This document shows, one piece after another, positions 55,359 through 64,000 of a stretch of 64,000 bases of DNA; position 1 is the stretch's first letter; every line of letters begins with the position of its first letter. Origin of the DNA: Candidatus Sulfomarinibacteraceae bacterium (GTDB lineage Bacteria; Acidobacteriota; Thermoanaerobaculia; Thermoanaerobaculales; Sulfomarinibacteraceae); NCBI GenBank assembly GCA_963785275.1, contig CAWAUY010000015.1, positions 43,228 to 107,227 of the forward strand, written 5' to 3'. The position numbers and the translations under genes were made by a program. The notes under the pieces were generated by a model. It ran no database searches. It was not told where the DNA came from and saw nothing but the letters and a program-made list of their open reading frames with translations.

Positions 55359-56891
55359 TCATTGCTGTTTCTCCCACCACTCCACAAGTTCCCCCTTCAC
55401 CACTTTGCCGTAAGCAGTGCGGGGTAACTCGTCGAGGACATACACCTCACGAGGAATCTTGTAACGCGCGAGCCGACCGGCGAGATAATCGCCGATCAAC
55501 TCCGACGTCACCACCTCGCCCTCGACCGCCACCACGAAGGCGACGCCGATCTCTCCCCAGACATCGTGTGGGACGCCGGCCACAGCCACGTCGGACACCA
55601 TCGGGTGTTGGAGTAGGGCATTTTCGATCTCGGCCGGGTACACGTTGACCCCGCCGGAGATGAACATGTCCTTGGCGCGGCCGGCGATGGAATAGAAACC
55701 GTCGGCGTCTCGGCACGCCATATCGCCGGTGTGAAACCAACCGTCCTTGTCGCGAGACTCGGCGGTCGCCTGTGGGTTGTTCCAATACCCGCCGCTGACG
55801 TGCGGCCCGCGAAAACACAGCTCACCAACCTCATCCGCGGGCATCTCCTTGCCGTCAGCATCCATCACGCGCGCCTCAGTGAACATCAGCGGCTTGCCGA
55901 TCGAACCGGCCTTGGCCCACGCCTCGTCATCCGTCATCGAAAAGCAGTTGACCCCCACCTCGGTCAGACCATAGCCCTGCCGTAAGACGACGCCGCGGTC
56001 CCGGTACACCTGGACAAGGTGGCGCGGCAGCGGCGCACCACCGGAGATGAACCACCGGACGTGGCTCAGATCAATGCTCTCGAACTCCGGTGCCTCCGCC
56101 AGCATCTTCCAGATGGTCGGTACGCCGAGCACAACCGAGCAGCGCTCGCTTTCGATGGACTGCCAGACCTCGGTCGCATCAAACTCTCGGTGGAGGACAA
56201 CAGTGCCCCCCGCGAGCAGAACGGGTGTCAGGAACGCGCCCAGGCCCCCGGCGTGATAGAGCGGCGTGAAGATCGGGCTGACATCGTTTTCAGTCAACTG
56301 CCAGCACACTACTGTGCTGTAGGCGTTCCATGCCACCATGCGGTGGGGCGTGATCACACCCTTTGGTCGGCCGGTCGTCCCAGAGGTGTAGAGCAGGCAG
56401 TAGGGGTCGTCGGGGGAACACGCCGACGGCACGTACTCTCCCTCCCCCACGCCTTCCTGCAACTCGCGCCACGACACCGCGTCGACCCCGGTGCCTTCGT
56501 CCAACGCCACCAATCGACCGACGTCTTCCCGTTCGGCCAGATCCCTCACCGTCTCCGCGTGATCGGCGCCGAAGACCAGGGCCGACAGCCCGCAGTCGGC
56601 GGCGATCACCGCCAGTTCGGCTGCCGTCAGCCGAGTCCCGAGGGGCACCAGAACCACGCCCGATTTGCCCGCCGCAAAGAACGCGTCGAGGAACTCGAGC
56701 CGGTTGCCGGACAGAATGCCGACGCGGTCACCCGGTTTGAGCCCGAGGCCGTAGAGCCAGGTCCTCGCGCAGGCGGCCGCCCGTCGATTCATCTCGCGGT
56801 ACGTTAGACGACGGCCGCTTGGCACATCGACAACGGCCATGCGATCGGGAGAGAGCCGACTGCGCTCGCCGAGGATGTCGCCGCAGATCAC
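55359..56891 (-). CDS. AMP-dependent acyl-CoA synthetase/ligase
   Basis: GTG 56891 overlaps the upstream stop (GTGA) and follows an AGAGGAGA RBS. LLYTSGTTGRPKGV, GYGLTE, WFHTGDMA and LPRTAYGKVVK. Confidence 0.85.
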   Translation of the reverse strand: MICGDILGERSRLSPDRMAVVDVPSGRRLTYREMNRRAAACARTWLYGLGLKPGDRVGILSGNRLEFLDAFFAAGKSGVVLVPLGTRLTAAELAVIAADCGLSALVFGADHAETVRDLAEREDVGRLVALDEGTGVDAVSWRELQEGVGEGEYVPSACSPDDPYCLLYTSGTTGRPKGVITPHRMVAWNAYSTVVCWQLTENDVSPIFTPLYHAGGLGAFLTPVLLAGGTVVLHREFDATEVWQSIESERCSVVLGVPTIWKMLAEAPEFESIDLSHVRWFISGGAPLPRHLVQVYRDRGVVLRQGYGLTEVGVNCFSMTDDEAWAKAGSIGKPLMFTEARVMDADGKEMPADEVGELCFRGPHVSGGYWNNPQATAESRDKDGWFHTGDMACRDADGFYSIAGRAKDMFISGGVNVYPAEIENALLQHPMVSDVAVAGVPHDVWGEIGVAFVVAVEGEVVTSELIGDYLAGRLARYKIPREVYVLDELPRTAYGKVVKGELVEWWEKQQ

Positions 56892-57850
56892 GGCGCAGTC
56901 TCCTCTGACGGTACTTCGTCTTCCAGCACGATCTCGACAGGCGCCAGCGCCAGAGCACTCTGCAGCGCCTCGAGGGTGGCGTCCGGACACTCCCGCTGCG
57001 GCACATGGCCGCAACCGTGGACGCTGTGGAGCCGAGCCCGCGGCAGACCGTCGAGAAGCCTCTGCGCGTAGTCCATGGTCAGCAGCGCATCGGCATCACC
57101 CCACACCAACTCGACCGGCACCGTCACCTCGTCGAGCCGCCCGTCGAGGAGGTAGGCATCCATCTCATCAACGGTCTGGGCCATCCGGCCCGCAGGACCC
57201 ACCCGCGCGTGGCGAATCACGTCGTCCAACACGAAATCCGGCACCGGCGGCGTCGCCGGCCCCATCAGGCCCTTCATGGTCTGTCTGGCCTGTTCCCGGG
57301 TTGTCGGGTAAATGTTGACGGCCGGATCTTCTTCCTTGACCGCTCCCCCGTTGATGGCCACCAGACGGTCGACCCGACCCGGGTGTTCGCGGGCGTAGAG
57401 CATCGAGATCCAGGCACCCAGAGAGTTGCCCACCAGAATTGCGCTTTCGCCTGCACAGGTGGTCTCCATCACCGCCTCGAGCCCACCGTAGATCTGGTCG
57501 ATCCCGAGCGGACCGCTCTTCGGATCGCTCTTCCAGTGGCCCGGAAGATCGGGGATGACAACCCGGTAGTCGTCCACGAGCGGCGCCGCCATCCGCGCCC
57601 AGGTCCCCGCCTGGTCGCCGGCACCGTGGAGCAAGACCATGCAGGGCCCCGAGCCACCGACCCACACCGTCATCTTCCCATCGGTCGTCGCGATCCTGGT
57701 CTTCTCGAACCCGATCTTGCCGAGCGCCATCCGACTGAACATTGCATCAACCATGAGGGGCCTCTTCCACACCATCCACACACACACGATGATCAGGACG
57801 ACAATCAGAACCCCAAGCGCGAGAAGTACCTTCAACACCTTGCTGCCCAT
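56888..57850 (-). CDS. Membrane-anchored alpha/beta hydrolase
   Basis: GGGAGAGG RBS before ATG 57850. TM helix VLKVLLALGVLIVVLIIVCVWMV. VLLHGAGDQ, LVGNSLGA (Ser nucleophile) and GCGHVPQRE. Confidence 0.75.
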   Translation of the reverse strand: MGSKVLKVLLALGVLIVVLIIVCVWMVWKRPLMVDAMFSRMALGKIGFEKTRIATTDGKMTVWVGGSGPCMVLLHGAGDQAGTWARMAAPLVDDYRVVIPDLPGHWKSDPKSGPLGIDQIYGGLEAVMETTCAGESAILVGNSLGAWISMLYAREHPGRVDRLVAINGGAVKEEDPAVNIYPTTREQARQTMKGLMGPATPPVPDFVLDDVIRHARVGPAGRMAQTVDEMDAYLLDGRLDEVTVPVELVWGDADALLTMDYAQRLLDGLPRARLHSVHGCGHVPQRECPDATLEALQSALALAPVEIVLEDEVPSEETAP

Positions 57851-57869
57851 AAACCTCTCCCTGATCATC

Positions 57870-57976
57870 GTGAGTTATGAGTTCTCAGTTTTGAGTTTTG
57901 AGTTCGCCATCGCCCCTCCCTGAATTCTGGGCGTGAGGCCGAGAACTCAAAACTAAGAACTCAAAACTCAAAACTC
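57870..57976. repeat. Heptamer-armed hairpin element H5 (unit AAAACTC/GAGTTTT)
   Basis: Left arm GAGTTATGAGTTCTCAGTTTTGAGTTTTGAGTTC, then a 35-nt core, then right arm GAGAACTCAAAACTAAGAACTCAAAACTCAAAACTC. Confidence 0.85.
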
Positions 57977-58009
57977 GTCTCTGTTCTCCTCATTCACCAC
58001 CCGTCCCGT

Positions 58010-59002
<993 letters not shown>

Positions 59003-59043
59003 CTGCACCTCCCTCGCTTACCGGTCAACTCCTTCGGCAGATT

Positions 59044-59215
<172 letters not shown>

Positions 59216-59218
59216 AAC

Positions 59219-59971
59219 TCAGGTTCCGATGACGAGCCCGCCATCAACGCTGATCGTCGTTCCCGTGACCCAGTTCGCAGCGTCGGAGGCCAGCCACACA
59301 TAGGCTTCGGCGATGTCCTTCGTGTCGCCGATGCGCCCCATCGGGGTGTGCGCCACCATGCTTTGAATGACCTTTTCCGGCATCGCGTTAATGATTTCGG
59401 TCTTGACAAAGCCGGGGGCCACAGCGTTGACCCGGATGCCATAGCGTCCAAGCTCGCGCGCCCAGGTCTTGGTCATACCGATGACGCCCGCCTTGGTGGC
59501 CACGTAGTTGGTTTGCCCGAAGTTGCCATTGAGGCAGGCGACAGACGAGGCGTTGAGGATGGCTCCGCCGGCCGCTCCGGCAATCATCGACGGCACCACT
59601 GCGCGGGTGCAGTTGAAGACGCCTTTGAGGTTGACGCCGATCACCGCGTCCCATTTGTCGTCGGTCATGCGGGCTACGACCTCGCCGTCCTTGTATTTGA
59701 CGAGCTGGGCGTCGCGCACGATGCCCGCGTTGTTGACCAGCCCGAACACCTGACCCCAGCGTTCGACAACTGCGGCCACCGCGGCTTCCACCTCGTCGGC
59801 GTCGGCCACATTGACCTTCTGAAAACTCCCTGCACCTGCCGGCGCTTCGTTGACGTCCCACGCCGCCACCTTGCAGCCCTCCGCGACAAACCGCTCGGCC
59901 GTTGCGAGGCCGATCCCGGCCGCCGCGCCGGTGACGATGACAACTTTATCTTTGAGTCCGGTCTCGATCAT
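59219..59971 (-). CDS. Classical SDR, FabG-like 3-oxoacyl reductase
   Basis: AAGGAGA RBS before ATG 59971. VVIVTGAAAGIGLA, LVNNAG and YVATKAGVIGMTK (YxxxK). Confidence 0.85.
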   Translation of the reverse strand: MIETGLKDKVVIVTGAAAGIGLATAERFVAEGCKVAAWDVNEAPAGAGSFQKVNVADADEVEAAVAAVVERWGQVFGLVNNAGIVRDAQLVKYKDGEVVARMTDDKWDAVIGVNLKGVFNCTRAVVPSMIAGAAGGAILNASSVACLNGNFGQTNYVATKAGVIGMTKTWARELGRYGIRVNAVAPGFVKTEIINAMPEKVIQSMVAHTPMGRIGDTKDIAEAYVWLASDAANWVTGTTISVDGGLVIGT

Positions 59972-60035
59972 GGTATCTCCTTCAAAACTCGAACCGCGCC
60001 GTCGAGGCGGGGCGCCGCCCTCACCCTTGCCCGGG

Positions 60036-60072
60036 TGCGCGACGATGAAAACCAAGGGGGCGCCGTGGCCGG
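60036..60072 (-). terminator. Rho-independent terminator after the TonB-dependent receptor
   Basis: On the minus strand: CAAGGGGGCGCC-GGCCAC-GGCGCCCCCTTG followed by GTTTTC. Confidence 0.7.
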
Positions 60073-60093
60073 CGCCCCCTTGAAAAATCTGCA

Positions 60094-62390
60094 GAATTTG
60101 AACTCTGCTGTCGCCACGAAGGTGCGCGGCATGCCGTAGGATCCCTGTGACCGGACCCAGTACCGGAAGGTTGTAACCGTTCGTCAGGTACTCCTCGTCG
60201 GCGAGGTTCTTACCGCTCACGCCGAAGCGCCATTTGGAGTTGCCCGACAGCCACGCAATCCAGGCGTCAAACAGTCCGTACGCCGGCTGGACCAAAGGCA
60301 GCAGCGGCTGCGTTGCGTCGAACGGGTTGTCCCACCCTCGTTGGTGAGCATCGAATCATCACGATACGCATATCCGACGCTCCCGGTGATCAGACCTCCA
60401 AAGAGCGGGAAATCGACGTTCGCGCGAATGGTGCCGGTCCATTCCGGTGAGTTGGTGATGACCTGGGTGTCGACGAAACCGTCCCCGTTTTCATCGAGAA
60501 ACTCGTCCGGCTTTGCGTCGAGGTAAGCAACAAATCCCGAGAGCCCGAACCAGGACTTCGAGGCCCAGTTGTACTCGACCTCGAGACCCTTGATGGTCGC
60601 GTTGCCGGCATTGAGGAAGTTGCCGAAGAACGCATCGTCCAGACCGTCGCCGTCCGAATCGTAGGAAGTGAACGTACTGACCTGGATGTCGTCGTAGGAG
60701 CCGTAGAAGACGGCGGTGTTGAGGACGAGCGTACGGTTTGCAAGGACCGTCTTGACGTCCGATCTCGCCCATGGTCATTGTTTCGTCATCGAAGGGCAAT
60801 GCTGTTTCCGGAAACAGGGTCGACTGCGCGCGAACGTTGTAACCACCGCTCTTGAAGCCCTGGTTGACTTTCACATAGCCCATGACGTCAGCGTTGAAGT
60901 GGTAGTCAAGACCGATTTTGGGAGCCCACGACGTGAAGGTGGTCTCCTCGTCGAATTCCGCCGCGACGAAGTAATAGCTGCTGAAATCGTCGGGTGGAGT
61001 GTTGTAGACGTTAAAGGCCCTGCCGTGCTTCGTCTCTCGGGTCGGCCGCAGACCCAAATTGAGAACCAACCGATCGGTCAGGTTGATGCTGGCATCCGCG
61101 TACAGGGCGTACGATTTGGTTGCCATGTCTCCCGTCGTCGTATTCGGGAAGTTCGTGTAGAAAATGGCCTCGACCTAGCCACCCGCCAGGCCATCGAAGT
61201 AGAAGAACCCGAGAACACCGCTCCACTTTTTGGAACCGGTGAAGATGAGCTGGAACTCCTGCGTGGTCTGATCGTCGTAGTAGGTCGCCTCGGAATCGGC
61301 GATCGCCAACGGCGCGGTGTCGAAGTCGATCCAGTTCTGGGTGTCGGTTTCCCGGTAGGCGGTGATCGATTTGAACAGCAGAGCCGGCGTTGATATCCCA
61401 TTTGAGAGTCAGTGAATACCCGGTGGATTTCGTGTTGTTAACCGGATCGATACCGCTCTCGGTGTCGAAGAGATTGTCGGCGGCGGGCGCAGGCATAACC
61501 ACCATGATAGGCAAACAGAACGGATTGTCCGCGAGCCGGGTCAGACCGACCGGCTCGGCGTCGTCTTTGGTGTGGTCGTAGTCCGCACGGATGGACACCT
61601 TGTCCGACGGCATCCACTCCAGGGCGAGACGGTAGGCGGTGGTGTCCTTGTTTGAAACGTCCCTGTTCTGATAGAGGTTCGTCGCCGTAGCCGTCGCGCG
61701 TGAGCTTGGCAAAAGACGCCTTGCCCAGCAGTTTGTCCTTGAACGAGCGGTCCGCTGAAATTGGCCCGGAACTCCTGGGTGTTGAAGGTTCCCGGGTTCC
61801 AGGTGATACGGCCCTCGAACGTGTTCGAAAGAGGCTTCGTCACATATTTGATTGCGCCACCGATGGTGTTCTTGCCGTACAGCGTACCCTGCGGACCGCG
61901 CAGCACCTCGACCCTCGAGATGTCGTAGACGTCGAGCAGCGCACCCTGCGCGCGGGCGATGTAGACGTCGTCGATGTACAGTCCGACCCCGGGATCCACG
62001 CCCCACAGGGGGTCCGACTGTCCGACACCACGAATGAACGCCGTCAGCGTGGTCGACTGGTTGCGTCCCTGGTAGATGGACAGGTTGGGTACATAGGCCT
62101 GGAGCTCGGAGATAGTGCGATGCTGCGACGTCGTGGAGCTGTTCTCCCGCGACCACCGAAACCGCGATCGGAACCTCCTGCATGAGCTCCTCCCGCCGTC
62201 GCGAGGTGACGGTGATTTCGCCTGCAAACGGCTCCCGTTTCAAGGCCTCGTCGATCGCCTTCTCTTCCTCGGTCATCGGGGCCGGAGCAGGATCCTCCTC
62301 GGCCTCCTGTGCCAGAGCCGGCATCGTGAGCCCCAGCACGACGGCAATCGCCGCTACCAGCAGCACCCTGTTGATCCATCGATCACTCAT
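60094..62390 (-). pseudogene. TonB-dependent receptor, at least 8 frame changes
   Basis: Signal MSDRWINRVLLVAAIAVVLGLTMPALA. Plug region: EITVTSRRREELMQEVPIAVSVV and RVEVLRGPQGTLYGKNTIGGAIKY. The C-terminus reads YGMPRTFVATAEFKF. The barrel is spread over all three frames. Confidence 0.85.
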
Positions 62391-62405
62391 GATCTCCTCC
62401 TTTTT

Positions 62406-63068
62406 CTATATGGGGATTCCGGATGCGACGCCGCTCGCCTCGCGACGCAACACCCCATTACGCAAAATGCGGATAAAACCGTCAACCGCCTGCTGCGCGT
62501 CCATACCGAAATGCATGGGCACACCGAAACACTTTTCCACCGTGTAGAAATAAAAAAGCCAGCGCGTCGCCACCATCACGGCCACCAAAGGATCAGCATC
62601 GGCGAGCCGACCCTGGCTCGCGAGCTCTTCGAAGTGCGGACCGTACTTTTCCCTGAAGCGGTCCGCCATCGTCTCGTAGAAGGCGCGAATGTGGCGGCCC
62701 TGGTGCTCGATGACATCGACGAAGACCAACAAAATCGAGGCCTTGTTCTCTTCGACCGTCAACTCGATCGCCGCCGCCAGGTCCTCGAGGTCGTCCGGAA
62801 AATTGGCCCGCGTGAAGACCTTCTGCAGTGGGTGTTGGGGATCGAGGAGCCGCGCCCAGTAGTCGTCGATCAGATTCTGGTAGATCTTTTCCTTGGAGCC
62901 GAAGTGGTGGTAGAGGTTGCCCACCGACTGGTCGCAGACCTCGGCGATCTGGCGCATCGAGGTCGCGCCGTACCCCTGGGTTGAGAACAACTCGAGGGCC
63001 GCCTCCAGCACCCTGGAGGTCGCGACCTCCGACTTCTCCGCTTGGCGACCATTGGTTCCGCGTGGCAT
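62406..63068 (-). CDS. TetR-family transcriptional regulator
   Basis: SRVLEAALELFSTQGYGATSMRQIAEVCDQSVGNLYHHFGSKEKI. Confidence 0.85.
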   Translation of the reverse strand: MPRGTNGRQAEKSEVATSRVLEAALELFSTQGYGATSMRQIAEVCDQSVGNLYHHFGSKEKIYQNLIDDYWARLLDPQHPLQKVFTRANFPDDLEDLAAAIELTVEENKASILLVFVDVIEHQGRHIRAFYETMADRFREKYGPHFEELASQGRLADADPLVAVMVATRWLFYFYTVEKCFGVPMHFGMDAQQAVDGFIRILRNGVLRREASGVASGIPI

Positions 63069-63076
63069 TCTTTTAA

Positions 63077-63152
63077 AAACCGAACGTTCGTTTTGTAACT
63101 TACGTCGCACAACGGGCTTTGTCAAGGCATGCAATTCGCGTTGCGAATTGCA
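63077..63152. promoter_or_regulatory. Two palindromes upstream of the TetR gene (candidate operators)
   Basis: AAACCGAACGTTCGTTTT at 63077-63094, with perfect core CGAACGTTCG. TGCAATTCGC-GTT-GCGAATTGCA at 63130-63152. Confidence 0.5.
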
Positions 63153-63228
63153 GAACGACGAAGTTGAGGAAGAATGTTGCCCCTCAGGGTCACGCCACTC
63201 TGCCGCTGAGCTCCGAAGGAGCGGCAGA

Positions 63229-63318
63229 GAATAGCCTGGGGCGCCAGCCCCAGGAAAGGGCATTCAAAAAAGACAAGCCCCGGAGTGGCGACAGGCCGGG
63301 GCGATTCTGTCGCCCCAA
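63229..63318. repeat. REP-like element, family B, second copy
   Basis: AATAGCCTGGGGCGCCAGCCCCAGGAAAGGGCATTCAAAAAAGACAAGCCCCGGAGTGGCGACAG...ATTCTGTCGCCCC aligns along its length with 13725-13845. Confidence 0.7.
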
Positions 63319-63361
63319 CCTTTGATCCGCCGTCAATTCACGGCACGCGTTCGGGGAAGAA

Positions 63362-63497
63362 TTGTGGGGCAGGCGTCCCGCCTGCCATTTACCCCGTCCG
63401 GCGGAAGCGCCTGCCATCCGCACTGGTACAACCTGCGGACACGATTCGCGTGCGGCGGAGATCCCCGCTTGTGGGGCAGGCGTCCCGCCTGCCATTT
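63362..63497. repeat. Two direct copies of TTGTGGGGCAGGCGTCCCGCCTGCCATTT
   Basis: Identical 29-mers at 63362-63390 and 63469-63497. Each contains the hairpin GGCAGGCG-TCC-CGCCTGCC. Confidence 0.85.
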
Positions 63498-63543
63498 GAC
63501 CCTCACCGCAGCCGAGTCGGCCGATCACCTCAACATCGTTTTT

Positions 63544-64000
63544 TCAACGTTTGAGGCTTTTCTTCCGCGGCCGCCCCGTCTTGCGTGCGGCGCGTGCGTC
63601 GGGTTTGATGCCCACCGGCAGAAACTGCAGCTGCATCGATTCGACATCCACCCGAACCAGCCGAACCTCGATGGCGTCGCCCAACCGCCACACTCTCTTC
63701 GTACGCTCCCCCACCAGGCGGTGGCGGCGATCGTCATACTGATAGTAGTCGTCGCCGAGCTCGGAGATGTGGACCATCCCGTCGACCGAAATCTCATCGA
63801 GGCGGACAAAGAGCCCGAAATCGGTCACCCCCGAGATGTGTCCGGCAAAGACCTCGCCCTCGCGTTCCCGCAGGAAGAGCACCGTCTTCCATTCGACCGC
63901 CGCGCGCTCTGCGGCCTCGGCCCGGCGCTCGGCCGCCGAGCAGGACTCGCCCAATTCCTTGAGCTCGGCCTCAACTGCCACCCGCCGGTCGCCTCCCCGC
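63544..64000 (-). CDS. rnr: Ribonuclease R, C-terminal S1 domain and basic tail (5' part outside window)
   Basis: The frame is open to the window edge. FAGHISGVTDFGLFVRLDEISVDGMVHISELGDDYYQYD is the S1 domain, followed by a Lys/Arg-rich tail. Confidence 0.8.
   Translation of the reverse strand, partial: RGGDRRVAVEAELKELGESCSAAERRAEAAERAAVEWKTVLFLREREGEVFAGHISGVTDFGLFVRLDEISVDGMVHISELGDDYYQYDDRRHRLVGERTKRVWRLGDAIEVRLVRVDVESMQLQFLPVGIKPDARAARKTGRPRKKSLKR

Noticed and set aside
46711-57976. Heptamer-armed elements as copies of one MITE
   Set aside because: The cores share no similarity and the arm units differ between loci. No target-site duplications were evident and no transposase is present in the window.

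Overview
GC-rich bacterial chromosomal window. I recognised no rRNA, tRNA, transposase, integrase or CRISPR-cas. There are about 55 protein-coding loci.

Gene content, in order:
- 1-14 kb: housekeeping and accessory genes. These are a tricorn-like S41 peptidase, an APH/aminotransferase fusion, a secreted S1 protease, AraC, NmrA, and an AsnB-ArnT-like pair.
- 14.5-16.1 kb: small toxin-antitoxin-like remnants.
- 16-31.4 kb: a large metal-resistance region on the minus strand. It holds two heavy-metal RND operons, one riddled with frame disruptions (16.1-21.7 kb) and one intact (24.0-30.9 kb). Unusual accessory proteins lie between them.
- 32.9-36.3 kb: a giant CPBP-type membrane protein.
- 36.4-40.6 kb: a decayed Zn-uptake cluster.
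- 42.5-46.1 kb: an ars locus (arsC, YeeE/YedE, arsR, ACR3).
- 46.5-48.0 kb: a PspC module.
- 48.3-50.2 kb: an LplT-acyltransferase fusion.
- 50.8-51.8 kb: a GGDEF protein.
- 52.1-60.0 kb: a seven-gene lipid or polyketide-like operon (SDR, Cys-only KASIII-like, alpha/beta hydrolases, acyl-CoA ligase, SCP-x-type thiolase).
- 60.1-64.0 kb: a decayed TonB-dependent receptor, a TetR regulator and the 3' part of RNase R.

Two things stand out:
1. A family of intergenic, mostly intercistronic elements built from tandem AT-rich heptamers arranged as inverted arms around unrelated GC-rich cores. They are combined with other short repeat modules: 8-mers, GGCAGCCGGGACGGCTGCC-type hairpins and 47-nt tandem units.
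2. Frame disruption is block-wise. Four contiguous blocks are heavily frameshifted while kilobases of neighbouring genes are perfectly intact.

All calls rest on reading the supplied translations and the DNA by eye. No searches were run.
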